Shown: piece after piece, positions 12,226 to 22,469 of the stretch | How positions within the stretch are numbered: the first letter of the stretch is position 1 | How the letters are laid out: every line of letters begins with the position of its first letter | Translations under genes and position numbers: made by a program | Assembly (NCBI GenBank): GCA_030390025.1 | Contig: CM059431.1 | Span: forward strand, 158,226,001 to 158,290,000 | DNA from: Squalus acanthias | Lineage: Eukaryota | DNA: 64,000 nt | Reading direction: 5' to 3' | Notes under the pieces: generated by a model | What the model was told of the DNA's origin: nothing | The model's input: the letters and a program-made list of their open reading frames with translations, nothing else | Database searches by the model: none

Positions 12226-12383
12226 CTGCAGGGAACTGAGGAGCGGGTCATCATTGATGAATTAAATGACCCTTCACTCGATTTTACAGTCTGGCGGTAT
12301 ATTATTATATTATTCATAGACGGTTGTTTAATATTTTGGATTTGCTGAGTTTTGACGTTAAATTCTGGTATTTTATGAATATG

Positions 12384-13123
12384 GGCCCAGAAATTGATCT
12401 CGCTCTGTTCCCGCGGGGGTAAGGCTTCCCCGCGTCTCTCACTCCGCTTGTGCTTTTTCAGATCCAGCTCGCACGAACTTGATGTTCCAGACATCAGCTG
12501 GGCAGTGCTTGCGTATCCCAGCGGCGTAGTGAATTCGTGCGAGCTGTGGGATCACGTGACTCAGTTAGAGCCAATGGCAGCACACCATCTTCCATTCATA
12601 AGTTTCATTTACGTGCTGTGAAATCTATGAATCTTACACCCCCCCAAAATAACAGCTAAACCTCAATTAAATTTAAAAAAACCATCACATTAATAAAATA
12701 AGTATAGTTAATTAAATTAACCATTTTAAATAAAAAATTAAATTTTTGAAAAAATTTAAAATCTTTTAAAAATTTATAAAAATAAACTTACCTGTCTTTA
12801 AAGTCTCTAAAAAAGATATACCTGTTAAAAAAAAATCAAAAAAATACTTAATTCACTACTTACCTTCTTAAAAGTGGGTCTTACTCCTCCTTTTTCCATT
12901 TCTAAAATCTTCCGTACTTACCTGCGCGTCCAAAGCATGAAGTGCACAGCGTGCGCGCAGCCTGTAGCGCGCACGCGATGCACCGAGGAACCGCCCCCTT
13001 TTCAAAAGAGCAATTGCCGGTTTTCAGCGCATGCGCAGGGCATGCAGAAAACCGGCAATTGGAGTGGGAATACGCGAGAGTACGCAGTGCGTACTCTCGC
13101 GTCGCGGGATCAATTTCTGGGCC
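12384..13123. mobile_element. Non-autonomous DNA transposon (MITE-like, possibly PIF/Harbinger)
   Basis: TIRs ggcccagaaattgatctcgc (12384-12403) and gcgggatcaatttctgggcc (13104-13123), 19/20 match; ATG directly on both flanks (12381-12383, 13124-13126); GC-rich ends and an AT-rich core; no transposase ORF. Confidence 0.8.
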
Positions 13124-13231
13124 ATGATATATACAGCTCGGTGTGAACCCTCTGGTCTCTATGGGAAGTGACATTGGCCGTGTGTTCATGGAGATGTGTC
13201 CTGGTTGGTGCTTCTATTTGAATATATTTAC

Positions 13232-13268
13232 CATATCTCTCATGGTGTCAGCACCTGACTAACCAACA
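13232..13268 (-). CDS. Candidate 37-nt exon with 5' UTR and start codon (MRDM, phase-0 donor)
   Basis: Minus strand reads gtcctcacctcctacAG|tgttggttagtcaggtgctgacACCATGagagatatg|GTAAAT; ATG at 13243-13241 with A at -3 and an in-frame upstream stop; phase matches 12181-12225. Confidence 0.3.
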
Positions 13269-13692
13269 CTGTAGGAGGTGAGGACATGTATCACTGTTCC
13301 ACTAATATTAAGACTAATTAATAATGTTCCGTCACTTTAAACAGTGAGGTGATGCACAGCATTGATTAGTGGAATATATTTAGGGGGCTGACAATCTCAG
13401 AATTGGCCATAAATATACAAGTGGTAGATTTAACTACTGTTTTACAACCACAATTCTACACTTGTGTGTGTGTCTCGTTGTGTGTGTGCCCACACACAAT
13501 CGTAAAATTAAACTATCAATCGCGTAATTTCAATTCCCCACTGCGGAAATGTAAAAGCGATTCAGTCTCGTGTCATTAATTTCTCCAAACTAAGGTCAAA
13601 GTAATTTTCCTGAATTAATTTATAACTAAGTTTCAATCCTTGAAATATTCAGTTCTCTGCTGTTTCATGCCTAGTATAATAAACACATAAGT

Positions 13693-14578
13693 CACAACAA
13701 CAACTTGCATTTCCACAGCTATTTAAACATTGACAAACATCCCAAGGTGCTTCACAGGAGCCGAATCAGACAAAAGATGGGCGCTGAATAAAGGAGGTAG
13801 AAGGAGGAGTGGACCAAAAGTTTGTTAAAACAGGTCGGTTTTAGGAGCATCTTAAAAGGAGGGGAGGAAGCTGGAGAGGTTTAGTTGGGGAATTTCAGAG
13901 CAGAGAACCGGGACAGCAGGATTCACATCCGCCATAGAGGTCTGAGGAGAGTGTGAAATGCAGTCGAGGCCAAGGCCGGTAGAACTGAGATATCTTGGTG
14001 GTCGGGGCTTGTAGGGCTGGAGGGGGTTACAGAAAGAGGGATTAACAGGACCATGAAGGGATTTAAACGAGGAAGAAAATTTTACTATGGAGTTGCTGGG
14101 GGACCGGGAGCCAATGTAGGTTCGCAAGGACAGAGGTGATCGGTGAGCAGCATTTTGGATCCACCCAAGGTTACGGTGGGTGAAAGGACAAAGCAGACCC
14201 GGAGAGCACTGGAAAAATCGAGTCTACAGCAGATAAAAGCATGGATGAGGATTTCAGCAGCAGATGGGATGAAGCTGGGATAAAGATGAGCGATGTTGCG
14301 GAGGTGTAAGTCGGTCTTTGTGATGGAGAGAATATCGGGTGAGAAGCTGAGCTTGGCGTCATATAGAACGCGGAGGCTGTAAACAGTCTGGTTCAATCCG
14401 AGACACTGGCTGGGACGGGGATGAAATCACCGACAAAGGAAGACAATTTAAAGCGGTCGTTGAAGACCATGCGTAATGTGAAACTGTACACTTGCCTTTG
14501 GATAATGTCTCGAAGGGGCAGCACAAAGATGAAAAATTGGAGAGTGCGAGGGGGGATCTATGGGGTACTCTTGTGTTA
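13693..14578 (-). mobile_element. L2 LINE 3' fragment
   Basis: Reverse tail acaacaacaacttgcatt; ORF 14085-14396 has LHLRNIAHL...AEILIHAFICCRLDF. Confidence 0.82.
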
Positions 14579-16100
14579 ACTTCCTTTTCTGCTCCCATGT
14601 TGGCTGACATTGTTAACGGCTCTCTCGCCTCAGTTACTGTCCCACTTTCCTTCAAATTGGCCCTCATCAACACTCTCCTCAAAAAAAACATCGACTCCTC
14701 CGTCCGTCCAAACTACCGCCCATCTCCACCCTCCCTTTCTGCTCCAAAGTCCTTGAACGTGTTGTCACCTAACAAATCCATGCCCATATTTCCCGGAACT
14801 CCATATTTGAGTGCCTCCAAAGGAGTTTCCAACCCTGCCACAGTACCTAAACGGCTCTCATCAAAGTCTCAAATGACATCCTATGTGACTGCGACAAATA
14901 CAAACTATCCCTCCTCGTTCTTCTGGACTTCTCAGCAACCTTTGACACAGTTGACCACTCAGCATTCAACGGAAGCCTCTACATCTTCGTCCAGCTGGGT
15001 GGGTCTGGACTCACCTGGCCCAATTCTTATCTACCGCAGCCAGAGAATCACCTGCAATGGCTTCTCTTCCCGCTCATGCATCATTAACTCTGGTTTCCCA
15101 CAAGGTTTTATCCGTGGCCGCCTCCTATTTGACATCTACATGCTGCCCCTTGACGACATCATCGGAAAGCACAGCGTCAGTTTCAACATGTATGCTAACG
15201 ACACCCACCTGCAACTCACCAACACTTCTCTTCACCCCTCCACGATTTCTAAATTGTCAGACTGCTTTTCCGACATCCAGTTTTGGGTGAGCAGAAATTT
15301 TCTACAGTTAAATATTGGGAACATCAAAGCCATTGTTTTCGTTCGCCACCAAACATTCAATTTCCGAGCCTCCGACTGCATCCCTCTCCCTAACATGTGT
15401 CTGAGGCTCAACCACACTGTTCGCAAACTTGGTGTCACATTTGAACCTGAAATTTGCTTCCAACCACATATCCGCAGCATAATAAAGACCACCTTTTTCA
15501 CCGCCGTAACAACGCCCATCTCCACCGCTGCTATTGAAACACTCATCCATAACTTTATTACTTCGAGACTTGACTATTCCAACGCGCTCATGGCTGGCCT
15601 GCCACGTTCGATCCTATATAAACTTGAGGTTATCTAAAACCAGTCTGTCAGTTTCCAAACTCACACCAAGTCCCGTTCGCCCATATCCCCTGTGCTCGCT
15701 GACCTACATTGGCTCCCGGGTAAGCAACACCTCGATTTCAAAATTCTCACCCCTCCCTAACTCTGTAATCTATTCTAGCCCAACAACTACATCCCCGAGA
15801 TAAATGAACCGTTATAATTCATCCCTCTTGAGCATCCCGGATTATAATCGCTCAAACATTTGCAGTCCTGCTTTCAGTTGCCCAGGCCCTAAGTTCTGGA
15901 ATTCCCTTCCTAAACCTCTCCACCTCTTTCCTACCTTAAGACGCTCCTTAAAACCTACCTCTTTGAACAAGCGTTTGTTCACCTGCCTAATATTTCCTGT
16001 GGCTTGGTGTCACATTGTGCTTGATAACGCTCCTGTGAAGCGCCTAGAGATGTTTTACTACGGTAATTATGCTCTACAAATCCAAGTGTTTTGTTGTTCT
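14579..16100 (+). mobile_element. L2 LINE ORF2 3' portion and tail
   Basis: ORF 14492-15637 includes SGFPQG...MYANDTHL...ETLIHNFITSRLDYSN, with internal frameshifted segments; tail ...gtgttttgttgtt. Confidence 0.9.
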
Positions 16101-16324
16101 AGTGCTCTCCTGGAACACTTTATTAATTCTGGCGTCAGCAATTATTTTTCTTTCTCCTCAAAATGTTATGACCAGGAACATTTCTCTTAGTCCTGTGAAA
16201 TCCCAGGCCCTGTCCTATAGATACTAAATAACATTTTTCATGCCTCTGACTTTCCAAGTGTCTTTGGAATGACTTGTACATTTACAGGCACAACAGTCAA
16301 TCCTAAATCCAATTCTTTGGAGTA

Positions 16325-19300
16325 GGGTCATAGAGTTATGCAGCACAAAAAGATGCCCTTCGGCCATCGTGCCTTCGCCCGCCATCTAATCCCATTTTCC
16401 AGCACTTGGTCCCTAGCCTTGTATGCTATGGCCTTTCAAGTGATCATCTAAATGCTTCTTGAATGTTGTGAGTGTTCCTGCCTCTACCACCCTTTCAGGC
16501 AGTAAATTCCAGATTCCAACCACACTCTGGGTGAAAAAGATTTTCCTCAAATCCCCTCTAAACCCCCTGCCACTTACGTTGAAACTGTGGCACCTGGTTA
16601 TTGACCCCGCTGAAAAGGGGAAAAGTTCCTTTCAATATACCCTATCTATTCCCCTTATAATTTTGTACAGCTCAATCAGGTCCCCCCTCAGACTTCGCTG
16701 CTCTAAGGAAAACAACCCCAGCCTGTCCAGTCTCTCTTCATAGCTGAAGCGCTCCGGCCCAAGTAACAGCCTGGTGAATCTCCTCTGCACCCTTTCCAAA
16801 GCAATTACGTCCTTCCTATAGTGTGGCGACCAGAACTGCCCACAGTATTCCAGCTGTGGTCTAACTAACGTTTCGTACAGTTCCATCATAACCTTCCTGC
16901 TTTTATATTCTATGCCTCAGCTAATGAAGGCAAGTATCCCATATGCCTTTTAAACCACCTGATCTAACTGCCCTCCTGCCTTCAGAGACCTATGTATATG
17001 CACACTAAGGTCGCTCTGATCCTCTGTTCTTTCTACGGTCCTACCATTCATTATGTATACCCTTGCCTTCTTAGTCCTCCCAAAATGCATCACCTCACAC
17101 CTTTCAGGGTTAAATTCCATTTGCCACTGTTCTGCTCATCTGACCAACCCGTCTTTATCTTCCTGTAGCCTGAGGCTTCCCTCCTCGCTATTTACCACTC
17201 CAGCAATTTTCGTGTCATCTGCGAATTTACTGAACATACCTCCTACATACATATCTAAATCATTAATGTACTCTACAAACAGCAAGGGACCCTGCACCGA
17301 ACCCTGCGGTACACCACTGGACACAGGCCTCCAGTCACAAAAACAACCTTCGACCTCACCCTCTGCCTCCTGCCACTAAGCCAATTTAGGATCCAATATG
17401 CCAAATTGCCCTGGATCACATGGGCTCTTAACTTCTTGACCAGTCTCCCATGCGAGACTTTGTCAAAAGCCTTACTGAAGTCCATGTAGACTACATCAAC
17501 TGCAAAACTCTCATTCACACACCTAGTTACCCCTCGAAAAATTAAATCAAATTGGTTAGACATGATCTCCCCCTGACAAAGCCATGCTGACTATCCTTGA
17601 TTAATTATTGCCTCTCGAAGTGAAGAATAATTCCGTCACTCAGAATTGTTTCCAATATTTTCCCGACCACTGATGTTAGGCTCACTGGTCTGCAGTTCGC
17701 TGCTTTATCCCTACTACCCTTCTTGAATAATGGTACTACGTTAGCTGACCTCCAGCCCACTGGCACCTCCCCTGTGGCCAGAGAGTTTCTGAAAATTTGT
17801 GTCAGATCCCTGCAATCTCCTCCCTTGCCTCACACAGCATCCTGGGATACATCTCGTCTGGGCCTGGGGTTTATCCATATTTAAGCCGACTAAAACCGCT
17901 GGTGCTTCCAACCTCTCAATGATAATTTGTTCAAGTATATCACAAAACCTCTGCCTGATTTATATGCCTAATTCGTCCTTCTCTATAATGAACACAGATG
18001 CAAAATATTCATTTAAAACTTCACCTACATCTTCCGGCTCTGCACACAGATTGCCACTTTTGTCGCTAATGGGCCCGACTCTTTCCCTGGTTATCCTCTT
18101 GCCTTAATATACTTATAAAACTCCTTGGGATATTCCTTTTGTTTGCACACCAGTGTTTTTTATTGGACCTTCTTCGCACTCCCAATTTCTTTCTTAAGTA
18201 CCCCTCTGCACATTCTATACCCCTCTAGTGCTTCCACTGTTTTTGGTCCTTTGTATCTTCCAAAAGGCTCCATTTTTTCCTAAATCCATTCTTGTATATC
18301 CCTTGACATCCAGGGTTCCCTGGCCTTGTTGGTCCCACCCTTGACCTTTACGGGAACATGTTGGAGCTGTACTCTCTCTGTTTCCTTTCTGAATAACTCC
18401 CACTGCTCTGATATGGATTTTCCTAGAAGTAGCTGATCCCAGTCCACTTTGGCCAGATCCTCACTTATCATATTAAAATCGGCCTTCCCCCAATTTCGAA
18501 CCTTTAACTCCGGTCCATCTTTGTCCTTTTCCATGACTACCTTAAATCTCACCGAATTACGGTCACTGTCACCAAAATGCTCTCCAACAGACACTTCTAC
18601 CACTTGCCCGGCTACATTCCCTACAATTAGTTCTAGTACCGCCCCCTCTCTTGTAGGACTTTCTACAAGCCGTCTCAAAAAGCTCTCCTGGTTGAACATT
18701 AAGAATTCCGCACCCTCTAAGCCTTTCACACTCTGACTATCCCAGTTAATATTGGGGAAGTTGAAAACCCCTACTATTATTACCCTATTATATCTACACT
18801 TCTCTGAGATTTGCCAACATATCTGTTCCTCTATTGTCCCAGGATGTTTGGGGGCCTATTGTACACTCCTAGGAAAGTGCTTGCCCCCTTTTTGTTTTTA
18901 AGTTCTACCCATATGGCCTCATTAGAGGAACCTGCTATGATATCATCCCTCCTTACTGCAGTAATTGACTCCTTGATTAATATTGCGACATCCCCTCCTC
19001 TTTTACACCCACATCTGTCTCGCCTGAAGATTCTATACCCCGTAATAATGAGCTGCCAGTCCTGGCACTCCCACAAACTTGTCTCCCTGATAGCAACAAT
19101 GTCTTACTCCCATGTGTTCATCAACAACTTCAATTTATCTGCCTTACTCGCAAGACTACTTGCATTGAAATGCATGCCCGCCAGTCTTGCAATACTCACT
19201 TGTGCCGTTACATATTTGCTCTGACTTCCAAACTGACTTGTTTTTTCCTCTATATTTGGCTGCGCATCACCCCCTACTATAGCTACACTCCGTATCCCAT

Positions 19301-21019
19301 CCCCCTGCAAAGTAAGTTTAAATTCCCCCTAACAGCACAAGCAAACCTCCCCGCAAGGATGTTGGTCCTGCTGCAAGCCGTCCGACTTGTACAGGGTCCA
19401 CCTTCCACAGAAACAGACACAACGATCCAGTAAATCAAAGACCTCCCTCCTGCACCAGCTCTTTAGCCTCGCATTCATCTGCTCTATCCTCCTATTCCTA
19501 TACTCACTAGCACGTGGCACCGGGAGTAAGCCAGAGATTACATTCTTTTCTGACCTGCTTTTTAATCTGCTACCTAGCTCCCTAAATTCTTGTTGCAGGA
19601 CCTCATCTATCTTTCCAACTATGTCGTTGGTACCAATATGAACCACGACCTCTGACTTTTCGCACGGGCCCTTCATAATGCCCTGCAGCCGTTCAGTTAC
19701 TTCTTTGACCCTGGCACCAGGGAGGCAACTTAAAATCCTGGAGTCACGTCTGCGGCCGCAGAAACGTTTGTCTGCACCCCTCATTATTGAGTCTCCTACC
19801 ACTATTGCACTTCCACTTTTACTCCTCCCCCCTTGTGCAGCTGAGCCACACACAGTGCCGTGAACTTGGATCTGGCTGCTCTCCCCAGAGGAACCGTCAC
19901 TTTCACGCGTTTCCTACACGGAATAACAGTTGTTGAGTGAGATGCACTCTGGGGCTTTCATGACTACCGGCCTGCCCCCTTCTTCTGACTGGTGGTCTCC
20001 CATTCCCTCTCTGACTGCACTTTCTAATTCTGCGGCGTGACCATCCAAAAACGTGCTATCCATGTAAGTCTGAGCTCGCGGATACACCGCAGTGCCTCCA
20101 GCTGATGCTCGAGCTCTGAAAACAGGATCTCCAGTTGGCCAATCCATTGGCACTTACTGCACATGTGGTCATCCTGACTGCAGGAAGCATCTTGGAATTC
20201 CCACATGCTGCAGGACGTGCAACGCACGGGACTGAGGTCCCCTGCCTCAACCTTAATTAAAAAACTCTTTCCTCAAATTTAAACTCTCGGATTCTCGCTC
20301 TCCCGAACTACCTTAACTATGAACTACCTTAAAAAAATAGACTTAAAATTGAAGAAAAATAAACACTCAACCACTATTCACTAATCAGCAACTTCCCCTG
20401 CACCGACGTCACTTTGGAACACGTATATCTTTTAATCTACACCAAGGCACTTAAATTTAGACGCCCAAGTTTTGAAAAAAGCGAGAAATAGAGAAATACT
20501 CATCAACCAATCATTTACCTGTTTACTGTTGACGTGACACTTCGATTACTTTTTACTTCTTTACACTCACCGGTCCTCTGTATCTCAGCCGCTCCCGCTG
20601 CTTTTACTGCCCCCGAAGTCTCGCGCTCTCTTTCCGCTCCCGCTGCCTTTTCTGCCGCCGAAGTCTCGTGCTCTCCAGCCGCTCCTGCTGCTTTTACTGC
20701 CGCCGAAGTCTCGTGCACTCCAGCCGCTCCCACTGCTCTTACGGCCGCCGAAGTCTCGCGCTCTCCAGCCGCTCCCGCTACTTTTACTGCCGCCGAAGTC
20801 TTGCGCTCTCCAGCCGCTCCCGCTGCTTTTACTGCCGCCGAAGTCTTGCGCTCTCCAGCCGCACCCGCTGCTTTTCCTTTCCCCGGAGTCTTGCGCTCTC
20901 CAGCCGCTCCCGCTGATTTTACTGCCGCCGAAGTCTGGTGCTCTCCAGCCGCGCCCGCTGATTTTACTGCCGCCGAAGTCTGGTGCTCTCCAGCCGCGCC
21001 CGCTGATTTTACTGCCACT
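16325..21019 (-). mobile_element. Full-length CR1 LINE copy 1 (5' monomer array, ORF1, ORF2, 3' UTR), disabled
   Basis: ORF1 CTSCSMWE and VGDSIMRGAD..VVHIGTND; ORF2 [40 protein letters not shown]; complete 3' UTR; empty site visible at ~60910. Confidence 0.95.
20586..21019. repeat. 45-bp tandem monomer array at the CR1 5' end (~9.6 copies)
   Basis: Unit cagccgctcccgctgcttttactgccgccgaagtctcgcgctctc. Confidence 0.95.
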
Positions 21020-21024
21020 GAATA

Positions 21025-22075
21025 TTGACACTTTTTTATTTCATTTTTTTAACAGCAGGTGACTTCATCTCTCACTATTCGAAAACAACCTTCCTTTTTC
21101 CTGCTCAAAATGTATCACTATTTCATAGCTATACTGTTTCAGCTCCAACAGCTTCATTAATTCCACTCTGTAGTCTCAGATGCGGATATTTGTCACACTA
21201 ATCATATCAGCTGATACCCACTGCTTCATTCACATATTTTGTGAAACCATTGTTGTTGGTGGGTTCAGATCGCGGCCGTCCCTTCCCTTTTCCCTGAACT
21301 CATCCTCCTGCCCCAAGAATTTGAACCCTTCCCCCTTACTACAGCCAAGCAGTCTCACATTGACCTTCCTCATATTTCCCTCATTAAGCGGCCCAGTGCA
21401 AAACAATCCAGAGATCTCCAGCTTGAGAGCTTGTCTTTAATCTAGTGCCTCAGTCTCAATATTCCCTATATAAACATATTTCTGTCCGTGTTACTGATTC
21501 CGACCATGGGTAATTTCTTCTCCCCTTTCCTTCCCAGATTGTTCTTCTCTCTGGCACCAGGGATGCATGTTCCCAATTGGCACCTGCTCAGGGCTGAAGA
21601 CGAGTCTGTCTATTCACCTGACTATAGAATCTCCCACCACTATCGCTATCCTATTTTTGTTCCAACCTGCCTCTCTGCTCTGCCCAACTCGGCGTGGCCT
21701 CCTGCTCTCTGGAGAGATACTGTTGCTCAGGAAAACCCTCCTACGAGTCACTAGCTCTATCTAGCTTACTGTCCCCAAAAAACAGGTATGTATTGGTCCG
21801 TTGCAATACTCAGGGCACCCTGCACCTGTGACTGCGGTGCCCCTCTAGAGGGTCACTCAATTCCCATTTTGTACTCAGCTCATGTCCTGTTCCCTCTTCC
21901 TGTGTGAGCTGCAGGTGCTGCACGAGATCTGCTCTCTTTGTCGATGCAGAAATTATATTTTAATGAGTTCTGTGAACCTACCTCTGTTATTTCTCATTAT
22001 TGCTGAAATTGTTGGATCCTTTGCCGTGTTTCGAACTTCGGCAATGCCGGTGACAGGCGTTCCCACGTTCTGATG
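21025..22075 (-). mobile_element. Highly degraded older CR1 ORF1 remnant (also ~36625-37685, ~52066-53115, ~60915-61749 plus 63497-63745, and partly 8745-9075)
   Basis: Landmarks ctggcaccaggga, tagaatctcccaccactat and aatttgaaccct match antisense CR1 ORF1 positions in 19400-19900; no open frame survives. Confidence 0.65.
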
Positions 22076-22469
22076 CTCTTTAATAAATATATTAATAAGA
22101 GGGTTAGGCAGAAATATTAAGATTAGAAGCAGTACGTTGCCTTATTAAACATGATATCAAGGCCCTCCTCACCCATCAGTACAGCAAACTGTTAGCTCTA
22201 GTTACCAGCATTTCCCGACTGTTACCATCACCACTCCAGATCAAGTGTGACACAGACAGCTGCCTAGTGAAATCCAGTGAGTCCCGCTGATCTTGAGTGT
22301 GCATTTTGTATGCCGCTCCAGACCCGAGCCGTTCACTTCTATTTCCACTTTTTTCTCCCCTTTATTCCTTTTCTCTCTAAACCTACCTGATCGCTCTCTC
22401 CAGTCGTCATACCTCCTTTCATCTCTGCTCTTTCGGAAATACTGCTTTCCCAAATCCATATCACAATGC

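Noticed and set aside
14492..15637. 381-aa ORF as a functional or domesticated reverse transcriptase
   Set aside because: It is a chimera across two opposite L2 fragments, partly out of the RT frame, and YADD is altered to YAND.
13693..16100. Head-to-head L2 pair as a twin-priming inversion
   Set aside because: Both pieces have their own 3' tail and cover overlapping parts of L2, so they are independent insertions.
20515..21031. Ala-rich repeat ORFs (antifreeze- or histone H1-like), also at 36118-36672 and 51785-52114
   Set aside because: A consequence of a stop-poor 45-bp monomer that is open on both strands; the starts lie at or beyond the element boundary in flanking DNA.
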